Position numbers and translations under genes: made by a program. The notes under the pieces are model-generated. The model did no database searches. It saw only the letters and a program-made list of their open reading frames with translations, and had not been told where the DNA came from. A DNA stretch of 63,938 nt, counting the filler, from Octopus bimaculoides (Eukaryota): assembly GCF_001194135.2 (NCBI RefSeq). It is 7 parts of 7 records of this genome, joined end to end, with 100 filler letters (N's around TTAATTAATTAA, not from the genome) between each part and the next. Parts side by side here need not be neighbours in the genome. Positions count along the whole stretch, not along the records: positions 18,729 to 28,791 come from NC_069002.1; positions 28,892 to 32,544 come from NC_069005.1; positions 32,645 to 46,844 come from NC_068986.1; 4 more parts are not named here. One strand, 5' to 3'. Positions 25,129 through 36,215 of this stretch are shown piece by piece (position 1 is the first letter of the stretch; the number at the start of each line of letters is the position of its first letter).

Positions 25129-25608
25129 CCCCTCTCTCTCACTATTCAATGTTCCTTCTACTATCTTTTATTCTTGGCCGACCCCCTCTCCCACTATTCA
25201 ATGACACTCCTATTATTCCTCATGCTTTACCCCTCTCTCACTATTCAATGACACTTCTACTATTACTCATGCTTTGCCCCTCTCTCACTTTTCAATGCTT
25301 CTACTATTTTTCATTCTTGGCCGACCCTTCTCTCACTATTCAATGACACTTCTACTATTCCTCATGCTTTACCCCTCTCTCACTATTCAATGACACTTCT
25401 ACTATTCCTCATGCTTTACTCCTCTCTCACTATTCAATGACACTTCTACTATTCCTCATGATTTACCCCTCTCTCACTATTCAATGACACTTCTACTATT
25501 ACTCATGCTTTGCCCCTCTCTCACTTTTCAATGCTTCTACTATTTTTCATTCTTGGCCGACCCTTCTCTCACTATTCAACTATTCTACTATTCCTCATGC
25601 TTTACCCA
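25129..25608. repeat. 47-bp minisatellite with a recurring variant unit
   Basis: Unit CCCTCTCTCACTATTCAATGACACTTCTACTATTCCTCATGCTTTAC, period 47 (25381, 25428, 25475). A variant ending TTCTTGGCCGACC recurs three times. Confidence 0.9.
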
Positions 25609-26073
25609 TCTGCCTTGTTTGAATTTAGTAGACGCAGGCAGTTTTATTCCGCTCGCTGTCAACGTGCTTCTGCGCGCCTGCCGTGAGCAGCATTGGATGC
25701 ACATGTGAAATTTTATTATTCGACCTTCAGTACCCGTTGGCCCAGAAACACACGCAGCCTCTTCCATATATATTTCAAATACCGGAGCTAAGAGCTACGA
25801 TGCATTCTCACCGGCTATTATGACAATAGACGCTATTATGACAATAGACGCTATAAAAAAAAAACATTGAATAAAAGGGAAGTTTCTCTAACAGGTAGGA
25901 AAAAATATAAAATATAAAAGACAAAAAATATACGCAACCATATTCTCACAATGTGTGTGTGTGCTTTTTCTGCACCGAGTTCGAATTCTGCCGACACCTT
26001 TTCTGCCTTCCGTACATCTGAATCAGTCTGGTCGAAGGGAAATCATCGTTCCCCTCTCTAGCCTTACGTGATA

Positions 26074-26118
26074 CACACAGACCCGGGTTTCTGAGAAGTA
26101 ACCTGTCATCAGCGTGTG
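26074..26118 (-). ncRNA. minimal type I hammerhead motif, intact core
   Basis: Minus strand reads CACACG-CTGATGA-CAGGTTACTTCTCA-GAAA-CCCGGG-TC-TGTGTG. Confidence 0.7.
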
Positions 26119-26561
26119 ACAATCACCACCTAGCGATGAGAACTCATTCCAAACGCAAAATACTATATGTTTTTTCTAGTGACAAACTGCCGCTGATTTC
26201 GAAAAAGGAGAAACAAACAATAATAAATCTCTGGGCGAGACGTAAACAGTAGCAGCACAGAATCGTGAAGTATATCTTCTATTCCCTTCGCAAATACTAA
26301 TCGGACACTGGCAGTGTGTCGTTAGGCAGATGGAGGAGATGTCTTCCTGGGGCTATAAACAACAGTAGCATCGTCCCCTATGAGTCCACCACATTTAGGT
26401 GGCAAATATACTTCACGATTCTGTGTTGCTACTCTTTACGTTTCGCTCAGAGATTTATTATTGCTCGTTTCTCCTTTTTCGAGATCAGCGATAGTTTGTC
26501 ACTGGAAAAGCATATAGTATTTTGCGTTTGAAATGAGTTCCCATCGCTAGCTGGTGATTAC

Positions 26562-26606
26562 CACACGCTGATGACGAGTAACTACCCAGAAACCCGGGTC
26601 TGTGTG
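26562..26606 (+). ncRNA. minimal type I hammerhead motif, intact core
   Basis: CACACG-CTGATGA-CGAGTAACTACCCA-GAAA-CCCGGG-TC-TGTGTG. 6-bp stem I, palindromic ACCCGGGT stem III, predicted cut after 26600. Confidence 0.75.
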
Positions 26607-26829
26607 AAATCTATTTCTTTCTGTGATCCTCCAGTTTCTCGTAAATTACCTTCTTACGCTAAATACACTGATGGCTCCGTAAGAATTGAGTGCAAACAGG
26701 ATTGGGCCGAAACTAACAACTCCGTTATGAACGGATATTGGTACAATTTTAATGAGATGTTTCTAAAACATTTGTCAACCTAACCTATGAAAATTATAAA
26801 AGTACACTCAATTATATTGGTCCAAATCC

Positions 26830-28777
26830 GTGGTAGATCTGACAAGAAACTGTACCTCATCACCCAACCTGAACTCAATGATCTAGTTCGTGATCTAACA
26901 CTTACTAAGTAACAGACTGAAGTCCTGGCTTCATGTCTGCAATAATGGGACCTGTTAGATAAAGATGCTCGAATTACAGTATTTAGGAAGCGTTCTGCAG
27001 ATCTACAGTAATTCTTTACTTTGGAAAACAACTTAACTTATTGTAATTATAGCAGAGGTGGAGGCGCGTGGCTTAGTGGTTAGGGTGTCAGCATCATGAT
27101 CGTAAGATTGTGGTTTCGATTCCTGGACCGGGCGACACGTTGTGTTCTTGAGCAAAACACTTCATTTCACGTTGCTCCAGTCCACTCAGCTGGCAAAAAT
27201 GAGTAACGCTGCGATGGACTGGCGTCCCGTCCAGCTGGGGAATTCATACGGCATTGAAACCGGGAAACCGGGCCCATGAGCCTGGCTAGGCTTTAAAAGG
27301 GCGCATTTATTTGGAGGCGCAATGGCCCAGTGGTAAGGGTAACGGACTCGCGGTCGGAGGATCGCGGTTTCGATTCCCAGACCGGGCGTTGTGTGTGTTT
27401 ATTGAGCGAAAACAACTAAAGCTCCACGAGGCTCCGGCAGAGGGTGGTGGCGACTCCTATTGTACTCTTTCGCCCCAACTTTCTCTCACTCTTTCTTCCT
27501 GTTTCTTGAGTAACGCTGCGATGGACTGGCGTCCCGTCCAGCTTGGGGGAACACATACGCCATAGAAACCGGGCCCATGAGCCTGGCTAGGCTTTAAAAG
27601 GGCGCATAAATAAATAAAATGATATCAGAGACCTATTCAGTGCCCTTGGGCTGAGCTATGAAAATTGAGCTGGCAAATGAGTTGAGGTTATTCATAGATG
27701 CATCCCTTTACAGCATAAAAGCGGTTCTGTTTCACATTGGGAACACCATACCTTCAGTTCCAATTGCTCACTCAGTCATTTTAAGAGAGACATATGAGAA
27801 CCTCGCTTTTATTCTAGACCACATAAGTTACAAGGAGCATGAGTGGCTAATTTGTGCGGACTTGAAAGTAGTAGCCCTACTTAATGGGCTACAAACTGGA
27901 TACACCAAGTTTATGTGCTTTCTTTGCAAGTGGAACAGTAGGGCCAGATCAGATCATTATGTGCGCTCACAAAAGCCACCTCGGGAAACTATGACGCCTG
28001 AATGACATAATGTAAATCATTTTGCCACCACTGCATTTAAAACTAGACCTAATGAAGCAATTTACCAAAGCACTGCAACATAATAAGCAATGTTTCCAGT
28101 ATCTCAAGGCGAGCTTCCCTAAAATAAGTGATGCCAAGATTTACAAAAAGCATATTCGTCAACTTATAGCTGATGAAGATTCGAGGCAACAATGGATGAA
28201 ACTGAGCTAGCGGCCTGGCATGCATTCAAAGATGTATACAAAGGACCTCTGAGAAAGCACCAAGTGACCAAGTGAAAGATCTCGGATGCAATATGTCACT
28301 GAAGATACACTTTCTTCATTCTCATCTGTCCTTCTTCCCAGAGAATGCAGGAGATGTGAGTGATGAACATGGAGAGAGGTTCCATCAAGATATAGCGTCA
28401 ACGGAAAACAAGTATAAGGGAAAATGGAGTTCAACTATGCTGGCTGATTTCTGCTGGAGATTGAAGCGTGACAGATTTTAGACAAAGAAGTACATACTAA
28501 AATGTAGCTTAATACATTATATAATGCTAACAGACATGCCGATTCATTATATATTTTTGAATTAATTACAATAGACATATTTAATCTGTATACCATAAAT
28601 TTATGGTATCGTGCAAATTAGTATAAATTGTATTGTTATTAAGTCGGGAATTTATAAGAAAATGTAACCGGGTGGGAAAGTTTTGTTATAAAATTTGAAT
28701 TTAGCACAATCAACTTCGTAATAAAATGTACATGAGAGCTATGTTTTTTACTTGACCCTGAAATTTGTTATACAGAG
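26830..28777 (+). mobile_element. 5'-truncated decayed DNA transposon, same family as 19804-22063, interrupted by a SINE dimer
   Basis: LITQPELNDLVRDL..FFTLENNLTYCN, then the SINE, then DIRDLFSALG..RLFIDAS..ICADLKVVALLNGLQTGYTKFMCFLCKWNSRAR, PPLHLKLDLMKQF and GCNMSLKIHFLHSHL..GERFHQDI..MLADFCW. It ends CAGAG|TA running into (TA)n. Confidence 0.85.
27060..27620 (+). mobile_element. head-to-tail SINE family C dimer (two different tRNA-like heads, shared 3' tail)
   Basis: Copy 1 (27060-27312) has TGGCTTAGTGG..GGTTTCGATTCC; copy 2 (27313-27620) has TGGCCCAGTGG..GGTTTCGATTCC. Both end GAGTAACGCTGCGATGGACTGGCGTCCCGTCCAGC..GGGCCCATGAGCCTGGCTAGGCTTTAAAAGGGCGCAT. Confidence 0.85.
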
Positions 28778-29435
28778 TATATATATATATANNNNNNNNN
28801 NNNNNNNNNNNNNNNNNNNNNNNNNNNNNNNNNNNTTAATTAATTAANNNNNNNNNNNNNNNNNNNNNNNNNNNNNNNNNNNNNNNNNNNNTATATATAT
28901 ATATATATATATATGTGTATATATGTGTATATATGTATACGCATAGAATAACATACATGTGTGTGCTTGTATTTGCACCCGACCATGCACGCTCACATGC
29001 ATAAAAGCAAACATACATACATGTGTGCCTACATGTACGGATACATATGTATACGTCAAACGTAACAAGTGAGCGCGCGCGAGCGTGTATGTGTTCGTAT
29101 GTATGCATAACTAAATACCTTATTTCGGACAAACCTAATGAAGAAAGCATAATTTAATCAACAAGGACAAGCTAACAATACAGCAATGACTATTTTTGTT
29201 GAGCCGTAAATGGAAGTAGGGATATGTTTTTCGTTTTGTTTTGATCTTTGGTTTTTTAGGGCGTTTTGTTCCACCTATCTAGAAGCTGAATGGGAGCTTT
29301 TCTTTCAACCTGATTAAAAGATTAGTTCGACCAAGCGAGCTTAAGGGGACATAGAGCAACGAAATGAATTCTGGGATATGATTAATACAAATCAACCATA
29401 ACAGCCCCGCCAGGTCCAGTATCAGAAAGCATTAC

Positions 29436-29475
<40 letters not shown>

Positions 29476-29520
29476 GTTATTATTATTATTATCAGTAGTA
29501 GTAGTAGTAGTAGTAGTAGC

Positions 29521-29582
<62 letters not shown>

Positions 29583-29673
29583 CAGTCGTCGTAGCTGCAG
29601 TTGAAGGGTTGATGATACAAGAGAAACCGTTTAGATAAGATGTAACACACACACTCATATATATATGTATATG

Positions 29674-29717
<44 letters not shown>

Positions 29718-30404
29718 GGTATGTATGTGTGTGTGTGCGTGTGTGTTTGTGTGTGTATAAATATATATATATATACATGTTCATGTATGTATATTTATAT
29801 ATATATATACACACCCATATATATGTGTGAATGTAAGAATATGTAGAAATGTATGCATATATGTATGTGTGCTCGTGTCAACGTATATGTGTAATTTATA
29901 CACTCACACACATACATACACACACTCACTCATATACACATATATATATTCTTTCATGCCATTACATGTTTCTCCAATATGCTATGCTGAAATGACACCT
30001 TAACATATCTATTTCAGCCTTCCACTTTCAATTTGATAAACGAGGAGTCAGAAGCTGTTTTCGCACGTGTGTCTTCTTCTGCCATCATCTCTTCTTTGAT
30101 GCTGCGATGTAGTTTCGTTCTGTTATACTTACTCAAAGTAATACTTGCTCAAGGTATATCAGGTTGAGCGAAATACCTCTGTTAATGTTGTTGATATCAA
30201 CTCCTCTATTTTCCGCATCATTTGAGGGAGAACATACCATTTAAGGTATAGCCAGGTAGGTGATTTAAGTCCGTATTTCTAGAGATAGAATCCATGCATT
30301 TTAGGATTATACAATGCTGATCTTTTATGGGGTTTTTAAAGATTTAATGTCGAAAATTAGTGACCCCTTCCTCCGGTATTTCTTAATTTTTTAATCTTGT
30401 ATCA

Positions 30405-30810
30405 TTTACTTGTTTCAATCATTTGACTGTGGCCATGGTGGGGCACTACCTTGAAGAATTTTAGTTGAACATATTAGTATTTGTTTAACTTAGTACATAT
30501 TTATTGGTTTTTTAATCGAACCGCTAAGTTACTAAGACGTAAGCACAACACCACCGGCTCTGATGTGATGTTGGGGGTAACAAACACAGACAAACGCACA
30601 TAGATATATACATACACACACACACACACACACATACATATATATATACGAAGGGTTTCTTTCAGTTTCCGTCTACCAAATCTACTCACAAGGGTTTGGT
30701 CGGCCCGGGACGATAGTAGACGACACTTGCCCGAGATGCTATGCAGTGGGACTGAACCCGAACCATGTGGTTGGGAAGCAAACTTCTTACCACACAGCCA
30801 CGTCTGCGCC
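30405..30810 (-). mobile_element. SINE family A, near full length
   Basis: Same two-part architecture as 15186-15624. Confidence 0.8.
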
Positions 30811-31352
30811 TATATATATATATATATATATATATNNNNNNNNNNNNNNNNNNNNNNNNNNNNNNNNNNNNNNNNNNNNNNNNNNNNNNNNNNNNNNNNN
30901 NNNNNNNNNNNNNNNNNNNNNNNNNNNNNNNNNNNNNNNNNNNNNNNNNNNNNNNNNNNNNNNNNNNNNNNNNNNNNNNNNNNNNNNNNNNNNNNNNNNN
31001 NNNNNNNNNNNNNNNNNNNNNNNNNNNNNNNNNNNNNNNNNNNNNNNNNNNNNNNNNNNNNNNNNNNNNNNNNNNNNNNNNNNNNNNNNNNNNNNNNNNN
31101 NNNNNNNNNNNNNNNNNNNNNNNNNNNNNNNNNNNNNNNNNNNNNNNNNNNNNNNNNNNNNNNNNNNNNNNNNNNNNNNNNNNNNNNNNNNNNNNNNNNN
31201 NNNNNNNNNNNNNNNNNNNNNNNNNNNNNNNNNNNNNNNNNNNNNNNNNNNNNNNNNNNNNNNNNNNNNNNNNNNNNNNNNNNNNNNNNNNNNNNNNNNN
31301 NNNNNNNNNNNNNNNNNNNNNNNNNNNNNNNNNNNNNNNNNNNNNNNNNGCC

Positions 31353-31627
31353 CCAAGGAAAAACTACCTAAGAGCATTGGATTCCTTGGAAGAAAGCAAC
31401 GAATGCATAGGAAAACAAGGACGGGAAAAAACGGAGAAATGTTACACAAATACAAATGCAAATAACAGGACATCACAACAGGTGTCTTTCGACTAAGGAC
31501 GAATTAAATTAAACTGGTGTGTGTGAAAGTGAAGCCGTTTCTCCGGGTTTTTTTTCGTCCTTGTTTTCGTATACATTTGCTGCTTTCTTCCAAGAAATCT
31601 AATGCTTTTAGCTTATTTTTTCCTTGG
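31353..31627. repeat. inverted repeat, about 88-bp arms and 98-bp spacer, unclassified family
   Basis: 31353-31439 is approximately the reverse complement of 31538-31627. Related sequence lies at about 41860-42010 (ACAACAGGTGTCTTTCGACT). Confidence 0.7.
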
Positions 31628-32194
31628 AGCTGGCCAGATTGGAGCAATCTCGAGTATAACAAGCCGAAATTGCAAAGATAATCTGGCAGTCGACTGAGGA
31701 AAGAAAACTTCGAATAACCTGTCCTTGTTTTTTCTTGTCCCTCTTTTGTATCATCTTCCTGTATGGTTTGCGTTCTTGTCCCATTTTTTGCATTCCTGTT
31801 TATATACATATGGCGGCGTACGTACACTTAGGTCTCTTATATATACATATATATATATATAAGCTTCATCTCAGTTATTTTTGTTTGTAGGAAAGCTATA
31901 ATTCTTGATATCATCGTTAGCAATATAGATAGACTGGCTCTTTATTTCTCCTCAGTCGATTTATTAATAAAAGAAGATCAAACTTCGATGATGGTTTTGA
32001 AATTTTCCTCAAGGTTGTCAGTTGTAATAAATAAATACTGTATATGTACTCGGTGATTTTTCAATATTTTGAAAAATACGTGTGTGTGTGTGTGTGTGTG
32101 TATATAAATATATATATATTGATATATATATATATATAGATAGATCGACTGTCTGAAATATAAAGGTCCATGCATAATGGTTTCAAATTTTCGC

Positions 32195-32420
32195 ACAAGG
32201 CCAGATATTTCGGGGGAAGGGTAAGCCAATAACATCGACCCCAGCGCTTGACCGATACTTGTTTTATTGACCTCAAAAATATATTTAAAAAAAAGTTGAT
32301 CAAGGCAGAATTTGAACTCAGAACATAAAGACGGACAAAATACCGGTAAACGTTTTGACCGGAGCGGTAATAATTCTGCCTGGGCGACATTTGAACTGAG
32401 AAGAGCGGGAAAAAAAGGCG
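32195..32420 (-). mobile_element. SINE family B, diverged
   Basis: CACAAGGCCAGA..ATCGACCCCAG..GAATTTGAACTCAGAAC..AAATACCG. Confidence 0.6.
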
Positions 32421-32644
32421 CTGAGCTTTTTCTCTCCTGATGCGGTTATGATTCTGCCGGCTCACCGCATTTCAAATATACATACATAATGTAAATACAT
32501 AACATATACATATACATATGCATATATATATATATATATATATANNNNNNNNNNNNNNNNNNNNNNNNNNNNNNNNNNNNNNNNNNNNTTAATTAATTAA
32601 NNNNNNNNNNNNNNNNNNNNNNNNNNNNNNNNNNNNNNNNNNNN

Positions 32645-32700
<56 letters not shown>

Positions 32701-32703
<3 letters not shown>

Positions 32704-33207
32704 CGAAACAATGCGAAAGAAATAGACAGAGAAAAATCCCAGCAATGGCTGAGAAGCTCAGGACTCAAAGCAGAGACTGAAGGATTTTTAATTGCTGCAC
32801 AAGACCAAAAACACATAATGAAAAGAAATATAACAAGTAACTGTAGAATATGTGGAGATCGACAAGAAACAATTAGTCATATTATCTCTGGCTGCCTAGT
32901 CCTGGCTAAGAAGGAAGATATTCACAGACACGACAGAGCTGGGACTTATATACACTGGAAGCTATGCCAACACTATGGAATAACGACAGAAAAAAGATGG
33001 TATAAACGCACGCCAGAAAAGGTCACAGAAAACGATAAAGCAACCATACTCTGGGATATGCCAATGCACNNNNNNNNNNCATTCTACGCAAAACACTTTC
33101 AATACTGTAAACATAAGAGCACCACAGCAAACCACAGCACATACCCAAGGCGCACAGAGCTGCGCTCGGTAGTGAAGTGAAAGCACGTTATAAAAATAAA
33201 ACTACTG
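32701..33207 (+). mobile_element. R4/Dong-like non-LTR retrotransposon 3' fragment A (CCHC knuckle; RLE region hidden by a gap)
   Basis: LKAETEGFLIAAQDQ..CRICG..ETISHIISGC..HRHD..HWKLC..ILWD. A 10-N gap then jumps to HILRKTL, the 3' UTR and (AAT)n. (AAT)n flanks both sides. Confidence 0.85.
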
Positions 33208-33227
33208 AATAATAATAATAATAATAA

Positions 33228-33966
33228 AATCTAAACAGATCAGGTGCTACAGCATTACAAACCGGATATTGTAGCGGTGGAAAAACGTGTAATACATATG
33301 CTTTATAGTTGATGTTGCATGCCCCCTTTGAACCACGAATAGACAAGAGAGAAGGTGAGTAGATAGGTAGATAGATAGGTAGATAGATAGATAGACAGAT
33401 AGATAGATAGATAGAGAAAGAGATATCTTTATTTATATTAAGGGCATTACCACACTTGAATGCCTCACGCTAAGAGGGACACTTAAATTCAAAACTACCA
33501 TAACAAATGCAGCGTAGTTTTGACTTTAAGAGTCCCTCTTTGCGTGTGGCATTCAAGTGCAGTAATACCCTTAATATAAATAAATATATTTAAAGGGAAT
33601 AATTATAATTTTTCCCTTGTGTTGTTTTTTGATGCTGACTAGATAAATTCCTATATAGAGAAATATACAGACAGAAACAACACTCTTAAGTACGAAATAT
33701 CCCAGCTATGGAAAATGAAGAAGGTGAAGATATTGTTAATTATCGTTGGTTCCTTGGGGAGAGTATGAGAAGGCATCAAGGGGAATATTAAGGATATTTG
33801 AGTAGATCTGTTACAAAAGTATTACCTCCTTGGCACGGTGAGAATAATCCGGAAAGTATTAGATAGCAGAAAAGAAGGAATAGCATGGGACCGTAGGCTG
33901 CATGTAGTAAGCCCGCTACGCAGGCAAGACTGTAGGAGCACAAACAAACCCTGTGCTAAAGAGAAA
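33228..33966 (+). mobile_element. R4/Dong-like 3' fragment B (different subfamily), interrupted by (AGAT)n and a MITE
   Basis: QHYKPDIVAVEK..CFIVDVACPFEPRIDKRE, then KYEISQLWKMKKV..IIVGSLG..LLQKYYLLGTVRIIRKVLD, then the 3' UTR and (AAT)n. Confidence 0.7.
33428..33584. mobile_element. 157-bp palindromic MITE-like element
   Basis: 71-bp arms with about 7 mismatches around a 15-nt loop. The core reads TTAA-GGG...CCC-TTAA. Confidence 0.7.
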
Positions 33967-33971
33967 TAGTA

Positions 33972-34065
<94 letters not shown>

Positions 34066-34066
<1 letters not shown>

Positions 34067-34496
34067 TATATCTGGCAAATAGACCAGATATAGTTGTCAA
34101 AGATCATGAAGAAAAAGAAATGCTTTCTAATTGATTTATCAATACCAGCAGATGACAACGTTTCTCGAAAAGAAATGGAAAAACTTTCAAAATACAAAGA
34201 CCTGGAAATAGAGATAACTCGAATGTGGAGTCTAAAAACAGAAACAATTCCTATCATAGTAGGTGCCTTAGGTATAATAAAAACATATTCAGACAAATTC
34301 ATAACAAAAACACCAGGACTTACAAATATATATAACATACAGAAAATTGCACTACTGGGTACTGCACACATTCTACGCAAAACACTTTCAATACAGTAAA
34401 CATAAGAGCACCACAGTAAACCACAGCACATACCCAAGGCGCACAGAGCTGCGCTCGGTAGTGAAGTGAAAGCACGTTATAAAATTAAAGCTACTG
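34066..34496 (+). mobile_element. R4/Dong-like 3' fragment C (RLE domain and 3' UTR)
   Basis: LANRPDIVVKD..CFLIDLSIPADDNVSRKEMEKLSKYKDLEIEITRMW..PIIVGALG..QKIALLGTAHILRKTLSIQ* (PD-(D/E)xK type). The 3' UTR is nearly identical to fragment A and it is flanked by (AAT)n. Confidence 0.9.
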
Positions 34497-34549
34497 AACA
34501 ATAATAATAATAATAATATAATAATACTAACAACAACAACAACAACAAC

Positions 34550-34675
34550 AATCCTTTCTGCTGTAGGCAGAAGATCAAATATTTTGTGGGAGGGGACCAG
34601 TTGATTGCATCGACCCCAGTGTTTCACTGGTACTTAATTTATCGAAGCCAAATTGATGAAAGGCAAAGTCGACTT
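34550..34675 (-). mobile_element. SINE family B 3' fragment
   Basis: AATCCTTTCTGCTGTAGGCA..ATCGACCCCAGT..GAAAGGCAAAGTCGAC. Confidence 0.6.
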
Positions 34676-36014
34676 GTTAATCCAAACTTGTTCTCCAATA
34701 TGCTGTACATTTGTTGACGAATTATCAATTCCTTTGATTGTGTGTTCTTAATAGTTTCTACTTAATGATTTGTCCCTTTTGTGTGTGACATAGTTGTTTT
34801 GCTTTGCAGAATAGGTTGCATGAAGAGAAATATAGAGAAATTTGCTGAGGCTTACAATTGATACGGTGCAATATATTGAGAACTTTCAATTAAGTATGAA
34901 AATCATGCACTCTGCTACAATAGCAACAACAATAATAATAACAACAGCAACATCTAGTTGTCTTAAGATTCCTTTAAAATCGCAAGTATAAGAAACATCA
35001 GAGAATCGTCTCATGGTAATCATCAATAAATTCTACAGTAAAACGTCCAAAATGTTGTTACTAGAGATCAAGGTGTGAAACTCGCAAGGTACCTTATGAA
35101 ACAAAGTCAAAAGCTGGATAAGGAGAAACAAAAGGAGGAGGGAGGAGAGGATGGGAGAGGTCGGTGATAATAAATATGGGCAAAGTAGATGATGTTTGGA
35201 AGACAAACGTCATGTAAATGAGAAAATTGAACAACAATTGCCAGCGTCATAATCAGCCCAAGGAAGCTACTAATATTCTTCAGTGGCAAAATGTAATATA
35301 GTCAATTCAAACATTGGGATATTGAATATTATGCCGTAAGGAAGAAGTCTAACATTTCTGAATAAAGGTGTGTATAAGAGCAAAACATCAAACATTAGGA
35401 AGAGAAATTTGTAGAGATGATTGAAACGGAATTAGCTGTCACGAAGATTAGTACATCAATAAGAGAGATTATTTCTCAAAAATGATCGCTTGCGGCTTCA
35501 ATAATTCATTAAATACCACACTTACTATAGAGAATAACTGTAAATTTATCACAGACTGCTCTTCATTGAAATGGATCTTTAGAAGATTGTCAAGGTATTG
35601 TTCTCGTAGTCAAATGCACAGTGTGAATATTAATTATATTCAAAGTTGCTTGTTTGTTTACAATTCAGCAACCCTTCCTTAGATACTGAGAAGAAAAACA
35701 AATCATCAACTTCCAGTATCCTAGAAAACAAAAGTAAATAAATGAAATATTGAAATTCTGGTCCTATTATTTTGTATCATTTATCGTGCAGATCGATTCT
35801 CCGAATACATCGTAGCAGAAAATGAGCCATTTTCTTTCTTTTTAATGAGACATTCCATAGGAAATATATAACAACTGGAATCTCCCTATGAATCCTATGG
35901 CAATCCAGCAACATAAACAAAAATGTTTCAACAAATATTCACTCTAGTCAAATATTTGGTGACGTTAACACATTTCTTCGCTAACAAACTAAACACCTCA
36001 GACAACATTGATTT

Positions 36015-36215
36015 AAAATTTTAGCATAAGGTCAGCAAATTCAGGAGAGGTGGGCCAGTCGATTACGTCGACCGCAATACTCAAGTACGCCTTATTTTAT
36101 TAATTCCGAAAGGACGAAAGGTAGAGACATCGGACGTATTTGAAGTCAGAAAGTAAAAAGGGACGAAATGCAACTGAGCATTGTGCCCGACATGTTTACA
36201 ATTCTTGCAGCTCAC
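36015..36215 (-). mobile_element. SINE family B, diverged
   Basis: GTCGATTACGTCGACC..GAAAGGACGAAAGG..ATTTGAAGTCAGAA..GACGAAATGC..GAGCAT. Confidence 0.55.

Larger units (their letters stand above)
26074..26606. mobile_element. foldback element with about 201-bp inverted arms, each ending in a hammerhead (likely inverted PLE pLTR pair)
   Basis: 26074-26275 is the reverse complement of 26406-26606 (about 21 mismatches plus 1 indel, by eye), around a 130-bp spacer. No convincing TSD. Confidence 0.85.

Noticed and set aside
25129-25608. Minisatellite (and the 17-bp array at 12364) as a CRISPR array
   Set aside because: There are no unique spacers or cas genes, and the context is eukaryotic.
26074-26606. 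Interpretation as a classical MITE with CAC termini
   Set aside because: No matching TSD (GATA vs AAAT), and the termini coincide with hammerhead stem I. An inverted pLTR origin fits better, though a MITE is not fully excluded.
26655-26700. YTDGS peptide resembling an RNase H motif
   Set aside because: An isolated 5-residue match with no other RNase H motifs.
27060-27140. SINE heads as tRNA genes
   Set aside because: A and B boxes are present but they run into SINE body sequence, and no full cloverleaf is evident.
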